Assembly: GCA_002309055.1 (NCBI GenBank) | Contig: DBWO01000046.1 | Location: 41,865-105,864 of the forward strand | DNA from: Ruminococcaceae bacterium UBA1236 | GTDB lineage: Bacteria; Bacillota; Clostridia; Oscillospirales; Acutalibacteraceae | DNA: 64,000 nucleotides | Direction: 5' to 3' | Shown: positions 55,956 to 64,000 of the stretch, piece by piece | Layout: each line of letters begins with the position of its first letter | How positions within the stretch are numbered: position 1 is the first letter of the stretch | Program-made: the position numbers and the translations under genes | Notes under the pieces: model-generated | The model's input: only the letters and a program-made list of their open reading frames with translations | What the model was told of the DNA's origin: nothing | Databases searched by the model: none

Positions 55956-55984
55956 TTGCAACAAGCGAAATGGGATATTATAAT
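55956..55984 (+). promoter_or_regulatory. Sigma-A-like promoter of the glg operon
   Basis: TTGCAA-17 nt-TATAAT. Confidence 0.55.
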
Positions 55985-56029
55985 ATATACTGTATAATCG
56001 CGCACATTATAGCCTACCGGAGGTCATTT

Positions 56030-57925
56030 ATGTCTAAAACCGAGAATGTGCCGCTCTATCTCTTCCACGAGGGCACAAACGCAAAAGCATATGAATATCT
56101 TGGCTCTCACTCCGAGGGCGGCTCCGCCGTTTTCAGGGTGTGGGCTCCCAACGCGCAGTGGGTCGGCGTCGCGGGCGATTTCAACGGCTGGCAGGCCGGA
56201 AACGCTCCGATGCAGAAAATCAGCGACGGCGTGTGGGAGTGCAGAGTTGAAGGCGCAAAGCGCTACGATGCTTACAAATATCTTATCACCGCGCCGGACG
56301 GTCATTCATTCTACAAGGCGGACCCGTACGCGTTTCACTGTGAAACAAGGCCGGGCACGGCATCTAAGTTTTACGACCTGCCCGAGTTTCAGTGGTCGGA
56401 TAAGGCCTGGCTCAAGAGCCGCAAGGAAAAAGATATCTATTCCTCTCCCGTAAATATTTACGAGGTGCACGCGGGCTCCTGGCAGACTTATGCAGACGGC
56501 AACAATCTGCCCTACCGCGAGCTTGCCGACCGGCTCGTACCATACGTCAAGGATATGGGCTACACACACATAGAGCTTCTGCCGGTCATGGAGCATCCGT
56601 TTGACGGCTCGTGGGGCTATCAGGTGACGGGCTATTTCGCCCCCACCTCACGCTACGGCACGCCCGAGGATTTTGCCTATCTTGTGGACACGGCTCACAA
56701 GGCGGGCATAGGTGTGATACTTGACTGGGTGCCCGCGCATTTCCCCAAGGACGCCTTCGGCCTTTATGAATTTGACGGCACTCCCTGCTATGAATACCCC
56801 GACCCGCGCAAGGGTGAGCACTATCAGTGGGGCACAAGAGTGTTTGACTACGGCAGATCCGAGGTGCGCTCCTTCCTGATGTCGAGCGCGATGTTCTGGA
56901 TTGAGAAATACCATATAGACGGCCTTCGCGTTGACGCCGTCGCCTCCATGCTTTACCTTGACTACGGCAGGGATGACGGGCACTGGATTGCGAACAAATA
57001 CGGCGGGCGCGAAAATCTTGAGGCCGTTGACTTTTTAAGAAAGCTCAACGAGGCGATATTCAGGGAGCACCCCGACGTGCTTATGATTGCGGAGGAGAGC
57101 ACATCATGGCCTATGGTTTCAAAGCCGACCTTCAGCGGCGGCCTCGGCTTCAACTTCAAGTGGAATATGGGCTGGATGAACGACTGCCTGCGTTATTTCG
57201 CGCTTGACGGCATTTTCAGAAAGTTCAATCACGACTGCCTCACATTCTCCTTCTTCTACGCCTTTTCCGAGAATTTCGTGCTTCCCATCTCGCACGACGA
57301 GGTGGTGCACGGCAAATGCTCGCTCATCAATAAAATGCCCGGCACATACGAAGAAAAATTCGCGGGAGTGCGCTCGTTCCTCGGCTACATGATGTCGCAC
57401 CCCGGCAAAAAACTTCTCTTTATGGGCAGCGAATTCGGACAGTTTATCGAGTGGAATTACAAGCAGGGGCTTGACTGGCTTCTCCTCGATTACGACGCGC
57501 ACAAACAGCTTCAGAATTATGTGAGAGCACTCAATAAATTCTATCTCGCGAATCCCGCTTTCTGGGAAGAGGATTACAGCTGGGACGGCTTCAAGTGGAT
57601 AGTGAGCGACGACAGCACGAATTCCGTTGTGGCTTACACACGAAGCGACCGCAAGGGCAACAGCATAATAGCAATCTGCAACTTTACAAACGTTATGCGC
57701 CCGGGCTACAGAATCGGCGTGCCCGGCCCCGGAACATACAGGCCCGTTTTCTCATCCGCCTCACCCGAATACGGCGGACAGGGTCTCGGCACAAGCAAGT
57801 CGGTCAAAGCGGTCAAAGTACCGATGCACGGCTACGAATACAGCATTGAGCTTGATCTGGAAGGTCTCAGTTGTATGTACATAAAGAACACTTCAAGAAA
57901 GAAATCCGCAAAGGAGGAATTATAA
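56030..57925 (+). CDS. glgB: 1,4-alpha-glucan branching enzyme
   Basis: [54 protein letters not shown]. Confidence 0.98.
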   Translation: MSKTENVPLYLFHEGTNAKAYEYLGSHSEGGSAVFRVWAPNAQWVGVAGDFNGWQAGNAPMQKISDGVWECRVEGAKRYDAYKYLITAPDGHSFYKADPYAFHCETRPGTASKFYDLPEFQWSDKAWLKSRKEKDIYSSPVNIYEVHAGSWQTYADGNNLPYRELADRLVPYVKDMGYTHIELLPVMEHPFDGSWGYQVTGYFAPTSRYGTPEDFAYLVDTAHKAGIGVILDWVPAHFPKDAFGLYEFDGTPCYEYPDPRKGEHYQWGTRVFDYGRSEVRSFLMSSAMFWIEKYHIDGLRVDAVASMLYLDYGRDDGHWIANKYGGRENLEAVDFLRKLNEAIFREHPDVLMIAEESTSWPMVSKPTFSGGLGFNFKWNMGWMNDCLRYFALDGIFRKFNHDCLTFSFFYAFSENFVLPISHDEVVHGKCSLINKMPGTYEEKFAGVRSFLGYMMSHPGKKLLFMGSEFGQFIEWNYKQGLDWLLLDYDAHKQLQNYVRALNKFYLANPAFWEEDYSWDGFKWIVSDDSTNSVVAYTRSDRKGNSIIAICNFTNVMRPGYRIGVPGPGTYRPVFSSASPEYGGQGLGTSKSVKAVKVPMHGYEYSIELDLEGLSCMYIKNTSRKKSAKEEL

Positions 57926-57926
57926 T

Positions 57927-59141
57927 ATGGCAAGAAAACCCGAATGCATTGCCATGCTTCTCGCAGGCGGTCAGGGCAGCCGTCTGGGCATACTCACAAA
58001 GAATATCGCCAAACCTGCCGTGCCCTACGGCGGCAAATACCGGATTATCGATTTCCCGCTCTCAAACTGCGTGAACTCCGGCATTTACACCGTAGGCGTG
58101 CTCACCCAGTATCAGCCGCTCGAGCTTAATGATTACATCGGCAACGGCGAGCCCTGGGACCTTGACAGAGCTAACGGCGGCGTGCACATCCTCTCCCCCT
58201 ATCAGCAGATAAAGGGCACCGAGTGGTACAAAGGCACGGCGAACGCTATATATCAGAATATCAACTTCATCGAAAGATATGACCCCGAATATGTGCTCAT
58301 TCTCTCGGGCGACCATATATACAAGATGGATTACGCGAAGATGCTTGATTACCACAAGGAGAAGAACGCGGACTGCACTATCGCAATGCTTGAAGTGCCC
58401 TGGGAGGAGGCAAGCAGATTCGGCCTCATGATAGTCAATGAGGACGGCAGCATCTCCGAGTTTGAGGAGAAACCCAAAAATCCCAGAAGCAACAAGGCCT
58501 CAATGGGCGTTTACATCTTCAACTGGAAGAAACTGCACAAGTATCTCGTTGAGGACGAGGCAAAAGAGGATTCCGGCAACGATTTCGGCCACGACGTTAT
58601 CCCCGCGATGCACTCAAACGGCGAAAGAATGTTTGCTTATCAGTTTGACGGCTACTGGAAGGATGTCGGCACAATCAACAGTCTTTGGGACGCGAATCTC
58701 GACCTTCTCAACCCCAATGTTGACCTCGACCTTGATGACGACAGCTGGAAAATTTATTCAAAATCTCCCGCCGCGCCGCCACATTTTGCCGGTGCGCAGG
58801 CACAGATAGAAAACAGTATGATAAATGAGGGCTGTGAGATTTGCGGCAATATCGACTTTTCGGTGCTTTTCGCGAATGTTACCGTTGAGGAGGGCGCAAA
58901 CGTCAAGTACTCAATCGTTATGCCCGGCACCACCGTTAAAAAGGGCGCGACGGTGCAGTATTCGATAGTGGCCGAAAACGCCGTTATCGAAGAGGGCGCG
59001 GTTGTAGGAAGCAGCCCCGAGGATATGGATAATATTGACGACTGGGGCGTTGCGGTCATAGGCCACGGCGTTACCATAGGCAAAGGCGCGGTTGTACCGC
59101 CCAAGGCCATGATAGACGAAGATATGGGAGGTAAGGAATAA
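57927..59141 (+). CDS. glgC: Glucose-1-phosphate adenylyltransferase
   Basis: [47 protein letters not shown]. Confidence 0.98.
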   Translation: MARKPECIAMLLAGGQGSRLGILTKNIAKPAVPYGGKYRIIDFPLSNCVNSGIYTVGVLTQYQPLELNDYIGNGEPWDLDRANGGVHILSPYQQIKGTEWYKGTANAIYQNINFIERYDPEYVLILSGDHIYKMDYAKMLDYHKEKNADCTIAMLEVPWEEASRFGLMIVNEDGSISEFEEKPKNPRSNKASMGVYIFNWKKLHKYLVEDEAKEDSGNDFGHDVIPAMHSNGERMFAYQFDGYWKDVGTINSLWDANLDLLNPNVDLDLDDDSWKIYSKSPAAPPHFAGAQAQIENSMINEGCEICGNIDFSVLFANVTVEEGANVKYSIVMPGTTVKKGATVQYSIVAENAVIEEGAVVGSSPEDMDNIDDWGVAVIGHGVTIGKGAVVPPKAMIDEDMGGKE

Positions 59142-60253
59142 TGGCTGTAAACAATGTTCTGGGCATCATCTTTTCAAATGCCAGCGATGAAGCCGTGCCC
59201 GAGCTTACCTCTCTCAGGACAATGGGCTCGGTGCCCTTCGCGGGCCGCTACCGCCTTATAGATTTTCCGCTTTCCAATATGGTAAACGCGGGCATCACAA
59301 AGGTGGGCGTTATCACAAACAGCAACTACCGCTCGCTTATGGACCACATAGGCAACGGCAATTCATGGGACCTCGCGAGAAAGAGGGACGGCCTCACGCT
59401 CCTTCCTCCTTTCAGCGCTCCCACGGCGGGCATATTCAGCGGTAAGGCGGAGGCCCTTTACGGCAGTATCGGTTTCATCAGCGATTCAGGCAAGGATTAT
59501 GTTCTGCTGGCTGACTGCAACATTATCTCCGACCTGAATTACGAGGAAATGCTTAAATTCGCCGTGAGAAAGAACGCGGATATGGTTATTGCCACCGCAA
59601 ACGGTCTGCCTCCTCATCTGCCCAATATCATGCAGTATGTCGCGGATGAAAACGACAAAATCACCGAGGCGAAATACATTGATTATTTCAGCCAGGCGGT
59701 TGACCATTCCCTCAGGGTGATGCTCGTCAAGAGAACTCTGCTTGAGCGCCTTCTTCACGAGGCAAACGCCAAGAGAATACCGGACATTGAGGAGCTTATA
59801 GTCAGAAATGTGGGCAACATCAATATATACTGCTACAGGCACGAGGGATATGTAAGAGTGATTGAGTCAATCTCGTCTTACTATGAAGCGAGCCTCGACC
59901 TGCTTAACGCGGACGTGAGAAAAGCCCTGTTTGATCCGGAAAGACCCGTTTACACAAAGACGGGCGACAGAACCCCGGCAATCTACGGCATCAGCGCCAA
60001 GGCGACCAATTCACTTGTAGCCGACGGCTGCAAGATTGAGGGCGAGGTTGAAAACTGCATCCTGTTCAGAGGAGTTAAAATCGGCAAGGGCGCCAAGGTC
60101 AGAAACTCCATTATTATGCAGGATACCGTAATCGGAGATAACGCCACCATTGACTGCATAATCGCAGACAAGGACGTTACAGTGAGAAAGGGTAAAAATC
60201 TTTGCGGCGCACCAAACTATCCGGTTTATATAGGCAAGGGGATAGTAATCTGA
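59141..60253 (+). CDS. glgD: Glucose-1-phosphate adenylyltransferase, GlgD subunit
   Basis: SVPFAGRYRLIDF.LSNMVN, SLMDHIG.G..WDL; follows glgC. Confidence 0.95.
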   Translation: MAVNNVLGIIFSNASDEAVPELTSLRTMGSVPFAGRYRLIDFPLSNMVNAGITKVGVITNSNYRSLMDHIGNGNSWDLARKRDGLTLLPPFSAPTAGIFSGKAEALYGSIGFISDSGKDYVLLADCNIISDLNYEEMLKFAVRKNADMVIATANGLPPHLPNIMQYVADENDKITEAKYIDYFSQAVDHSLRVMLVKRTLLERLLHEANAKRIPDIEELIVRNVGNINIYCYRHEGYVRVIESISSYYEASLDLLNADVRKALFDPERPVYTKTGDRTPAIYGISAKATNSLVADGCKIEGEVENCILFRGVKIGKGAKVRNSIIMQDTVIGDNATIDCIIADKDVTVRKGKNLCGAPNYPVYIGKGIVI

Positions 60254-60274
60254 TACGAGAGTGAGAAAACCGAT

Positions 60275-61012
60275 ATGGCTCTTAACAAAAGGAAGACGCT
60301 GAACATCATTACCATCGCGGTCGGCGCGCTGGCCGTAATACTTGTGACGATAGTTGTTCTCGTGAAAACGGGAGTGATTTCCACATCAAGGGCGGCCGAT
60401 ACCACAACCGACGGCACAGTGCTTGTGTCCGAAGTGGTTGAACTGACATCGGTCAATGATGACGGCGAAATTGAATACTACACGATGATTAACTATTATG
60501 TTAAGCCGAGTATTTCTTCCAACCACAGTTATCCGTATGTGCCCACCACCACAAAGGCCACCACAACAAAGGAAACGAAGTATTATGTTGAAATGACCAA
60601 GTCCGAGGCGGTTACAGACGAAAACGGTGAACCCGTAACCGATGAAAACGGCGAACCGGTTGTGAACATCATAACCTACACCGTTGAAACGGACGAGAAC
60701 GGCAATGAAATAAAGGACGGCACAACGGCTACCGAAACAACGACGGAGACCACCACCGAATATGTGCAGAAAACCACATATGTCGCTAAAACGGACCCCG
60801 TCTTCAAGAGGCCTATCAAAGACATCCGCGGCAATGTTATTACCGAGCTTGTAACTCTTGACAGACCCCCGACAACCACCACCGAACCCCCGTCAATCAC
60901 ACTGCCCTCCATCACCGTGCCCTCAAGCCTGCCGAATACGCTGCCTACAGTCGTTTCGCAGGTTGCGGAGCCCGTGACGGAGCCCTCCGCTGAGAATTCA
61001 AACGCTCAATAA
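60275..61012 (+). CDS. Membrane-anchored Thr-rich hypothetical protein
   Basis: N-terminal TM helix; TDENGEPV repeats; Thr/Pro-rich. Confidence 0.7.
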   Translation: MALNKRKTLNIITIAVGALAVILVTIVVLVKTGVISTSRAADTTTDGTVLVSEVVELTSVNDDGEIEYYTMINYYVKPSISSNHSYPYVPTTTKATTTKETKYYVEMTKSEAVTDENGEPVTDENGEPVVNIITYTVETDENGNEIKDGTTATETTTETTTEYVQKTTYVAKTDPVFKRPIKDIRGNVITELVTLDRPPTTTTEPPSITLPSITVPSSLPNTLPTVVSQVAEPVTEPSAENSNAQ

Positions 61013-61037
61013 AATCAGGAAGGAACAGGTCAGCAAT

Positions 61038-62456
61038 ATGAAAGTTCTGTATGTAGCATCCGAAGCTCTCCCGTTTGCCGCGAGCGGCGGCCTTGCGGAC
61101 GTTGCGGGCTCACTGCCTGCCGCCCTGCGCAGGCGTAAAGTTGCCTGCCGCGTGGTTATGCCCCTCTACGGCTGCATAAGCGACGAGATGAGAGCGGATA
61201 TGAAGTTTATAACCAACATCATGGTGCCCGTTTCATGGCGCATGCAGTATTGCGGCATTTTTGAAACGACTTATAACGGCGTTGTCTATTATTTCATTGA
61301 CAACGAATATTATTTCAAGAGAGACACCCTCTACGGTCACTATGACGACGGCGAGAGGTTCGCTTTCTTTTCACGCGCCGTGCTGGAAATTCTGCCGTAC
61401 ATTGATTTCAAGCCAGACATCATCCACTGCAATGACTGGCAGAGTGCTCTTGTGCCCCTTTATTACAGCACAATGTACGCCCAGAGAGAGGGCTTCACGG
61501 GCATAAAGACCGTGTTCACAATTCACAATATCCAGTATCAGGGCATTTACGGCAAAGAAATTCTCGGCGACGTTTTCGGCCTCGGCGAGGAGCATATGTC
61601 GCTCATTGAATTCGGCGGCGACCTTAACCTCATGAAGGCGGGCATCGAGTGCGCCAACAAGGTTACCACCGTGAGCAACACCTATGCCTATGAGATTCTC
61701 GACCCGTGGTTCAGCCACGGTCTGCACCCGATTCTGCAGGAGAGGAGCTACAAGCTCAGCGGTATTCTCAACGGCATCGACACCGACAACTACAACCCCG
61801 AAACGGACAAGAACATCCCGTTCAATTATTCGGCGAAGGATTTCTCAAACAAAGCGAAGTGCAAAGCTGCCCTGCAGGAGAGATTTGACCTTCCCGTCAG
61901 GGAAGATGTGCCCGTAATGGCGATAATCTCACGCCTCGTTTCCCACAAGGGATTCGACCTCGTAAAGAGGATAATGTGGGATCAGCTCGCCGCGGCGGAT
62001 ATGCAGCTTATCGTGCTCGGATCGGGCGACTGGGAGTATGAGGAATTCTTCCGCTCCCTTAAGGGCGCCTTCCCCGACAAGGTCGGTCTTATGATAGGTT
62101 TCGTTCCCGACCTCGCAAGAAAGATTTATGCCGGCTCAGACCTCTTCCTTATGCCCTCAAAGAGCGAGCCCTGCGGCCTTTCGCAGATGGTCGCCCTTCG
62201 TTACGGCTCACTGCCTATAGTCAGGGAGACAGGCGGCCTCAAGGATACCATCACCGACAGCGGCGACGGCAAGGGCAACGGCTTCACCTTCAAGAGCTAT
62301 GACGCCTATGATATGCTTGACGCGATAAGAAGAGCCCTCGGCGCGTTTTACGACAAGGACCTCTTCAGGACTCTCACCGAGAGAGCTCTCAAGTGCGATA
62401 ACAGCTGGAGCAAGTCCGCCAAGGAATACATAGCCCTTTACGAATCGATCCTTTGA
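61038..62456 (+). CDS. glgA: Glycogen synthase
   Basis: SE..PFA.SGGLADV, HCNDWQ, FTIHN, ISRL..HKG, MPS..EPCGLSQM, GGL.DT. Confidence 0.98.
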   Translation: MKVLYVASEALPFAASGGLADVAGSLPAALRRRKVACRVVMPLYGCISDEMRADMKFITNIMVPVSWRMQYCGIFETTYNGVVYYFIDNEYYFKRDTLYGHYDDGERFAFFSRAVLEILPYIDFKPDIIHCNDWQSALVPLYYSTMYAQREGFTGIKTVFTIHNIQYQGIYGKEILGDVFGLGEEHMSLIEFGGDLNLMKAGIECANKVTTVSNTYAYEILDPWFSHGLHPILQERSYKLSGILNGIDTDNYNPETDKNIPFNYSAKDFSNKAKCKAALQERFDLPVREDVPVMAIISRLVSHKGFDLVKRIMWDQLAAADMQLIVLGSGDWEYEEFFRSLKGAFPDKVGLMIGFVPDLARKIYAGSDLFLMPSKSEPCGLSQMVALRYGSLPIVRETGGLKDTITDSGDGKGNGFTFKSYDAYDMLDAIRRALGAFYDKDLFRTLTERALKCDNSWSKSAKEYIALYESIL

Positions 62457-62457
62457 T

Positions 62458-63072
62458 ATGAGAACATATAAAATCCACCTCATCCGGCACGGCGAATGCG
62501 AAGGCGCCGGGGAGGGAAGATATGTAGGCCACACCGACCTTCCTCTTTCCGAGGAGGGGAGGGCGCGCTGTGCGCAGATGGCCGAAGAAAACAACTACCC
62601 CTATGCCGCTTCGGTTTTCACCTCGCCTCTTAAGAGATGCAAGGAAACCGCGGAAATCCTCTACCCCGATAAGGAGGCAACGGAATTCCCCGGGCTCATC
62701 GAATGCAATTTCGGCGAGTTTGAAAACAAGACGGCAGATGAGCTTCGCGACAATGAGAATTTCGCCGGCTGGCTCGCGGGCAGAAACGCCCCGCCCTTCG
62801 GCGAATCAAGCCCCGAATTCGGCAAAAGAGTGTGCGCGGCATTTGAAAGCCTCGCGGACGGAATGATGAAAAGCGGCGTCTTTGATGTAGCGGTCATCAC
62901 TCACGCGGGAGTTATCGCCTGCATACTCTCCGCCTACGGTCTGCCTCAGGCGTCCGTGCACGAATGGTTCACGCCGAATTGCGAGGGATTCACACTCCTT
63001 CTCGACCCCGCGATGTGGATGAGAGGCAAAAAGGCGGAAATCTATGCGAGAATTCCCGATATGGGGGAGTAA
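62458..63072 (+). CDS. Histidine phosphatase family protein
   Basis: LIRHG, SPL.RC.ETA, E..FG.FE, GES, THAG. Confidence 0.9.
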   Translation: MRTYKIHLIRHGECEGAGEGRYVGHTDLPLSEEGRARCAQMAEENNYPYAASVFTSPLKRCKETAEILYPDKEATEFPGLIECNFGEFENKTADELRDNENFAGWLAGRNAPPFGESSPEFGKRVCAAFESLADGMMKSGVFDVAVITHAGVIACILSAYGLPQASVHEWFTPNCEGFTLLLDPAMWMRGKKAEIYARIPDMGE

Positions 63073-63110
63073 AAACAAACTCCGGTTTTTGAGCATTTTG
63101 AGAAAAAATA

Positions 63111-63200
63111 TTGACATTATTATGTTAATAGTGTACAATTACGGCGAGCAAACGGCAAAGGCGTAGCGGGGAAACTGCCTCGGGTGCGCTTGCCGTTTTT
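63111..63200 (+). promoter_or_regulatory. Promoter plus attenuator (ANTAR-like loop) of GS III
   Basis: TTGACA-17 nt-TACAAT; GC-AAAGGC-GT (63155-63164) overlapping stem aaacggcaa/ttgccgttt and a T tract. Confidence 0.6.
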
Positions 63201-63226
63201 GCTTTTCAGAGAAGGAGGTTTCAGCC

Positions 63227-64000
63227 ATGGAAACAGTAACCGATTATTTCGGAAGTCTGGTTTTTGACGACAGAGTAATGAAAAAATACCTGCCGGAAGA
63301 CGTTTACCGCACCCTTAAAAGGACGATAGACGAGGGCGCAAGTCTTGATATTTCCGTTGCCAACGCGGTCGCGTCGGCGATGAAGGACTGGGCAATTTCA
63401 AACGGCGTCACTCACTACACCCATTGGTTCCAGCCTCTCACGGGAGTTACCGCCGAAAAGCACGACAGCTTTATAGTCCCGTCATCAGACGGCAGAATAA
63501 TCATGGAGTTTTCGGGCAAGGAGCTCATCAAGGGCGAGCCCGACGCTTCAAGCTTCCCCTCGGGCGGCATAAGAGCCACATTCGAAGCGAGGGGCTACAC
63601 GGCCTGGGACCCCACCTCATTTGCGTTCATAAAAGATAATACCCTCTGCATTCCCACCGCTTTCTGCGCATACACGGGTGAGGCGCTTGACAAGAAAACT
63701 CCTCTGCTCAGGAGCATGCAGGCGCTCAACAAACAGGCGCTCAGAATACTGCGTCTCTTCGGCAACACCGAGGCGAAGTGCGTGCGCTCATCCGTAGGCC
63801 CCGAGCAGGAATATTTCCTTATCGACAAGAAGCTTTATAAGCAGAGAAAAGACCTCATTTTCTGCGGCAGAACTCTTTTCGGTTCCGTTTCCTCCAAGGG
63901 ACAGGAGCTTGACGACCACTATTTCGGAGTAATCAAGCCGAGAGTTGCCGCATACATGAAAGACCTCAACGAGGAGCTCTGGAAGCTCGGTATTCTCGCA
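63227..64000 (+). CDS. Glutamine synthetase type III (3'-truncated; absent from the supplied ORF track)
   Basis: Manual translation [15 protein letters not shown]...[21 protein letters not shown]...[28 protein letters not shown]...GPEQEYF; AAGGAGG RBS. Confidence 0.95.
   Translation, partial: METVTDYFGSLVFDDRVMKKYLPEDVYRTLKRTIDEGASLDISVANAVASAMKDWAISNGVTHYTHWFQPLTGVTAEKHDSFIVPSSDGRIIMEFSGKELIKGEPDASSFPSGGIRATFEARGYTAWDPTSFAFIKDNTLCIPTAFCAYTGEALDKKTPLLRSMQALNKQALRILRLFGNTEAKCVRSSVGPEQEYFLIDKKLYKQRKDLIFCGRTLFGSVSSKGQELDDHYFGVIKPRVAAYMKDLNEELWKLGILA

Noticed and set aside
1-64000. Mobile elements, prophage, tRNA or rRNA
   Set aside because: No integrase, transposase, phage genes or recognisable structural RNA genes were seen by eye.

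Overview
This is a 64-kb chromosomal window from what looks like an anaerobic, host-associated Clostridia-type bacterium (inferred from gene content). I found no rRNA, tRNA, CRISPR array, transposase or phage genes. The left half is rich in envelope and surface genes: a circularly permuted SpoIID-like protein, a TetR/MacB-type ABC pair, and an AgrA/AgrC-like LytTR two-component system. Two identically spaced 11-bp direct-repeat boxes precede (i) a surface-protein operon (LRR-fragment protein, caspase/gingipain-fold protein, two BspA-type LRR proteins) and (ii) a 49-aa ORF. It also holds a GH31 glycosidase, a macrodomain-HTH/VWA pair, a MATE pump, a VWA membrane protein and a 1632-aa CHAP/InlB-B-repeat protein. 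The right half is mostly metabolism: glnA-amtB/PII-split glutamate synthase-purF with ANTAR-like attenuators, a LarA-family epimerase-PHP-gnd-PfkB sugar-acid operon, a PASTA pseudokinase, glgBCD-(orf)-glgA and a partial type III glutamine synthetase. The strongest candidate for an undescribed system is a shared ~110-aa C-terminal domain ending in a Phe-rich amphipathic helix (GF..RL..FF+.LF) on unrelated secreted proteins, with the helix recurring in several other exported proteins. It suggests a sortase/SLH-independent sorting or anchoring signal. All family calls come from motif recognition by eye; no database searches were run.
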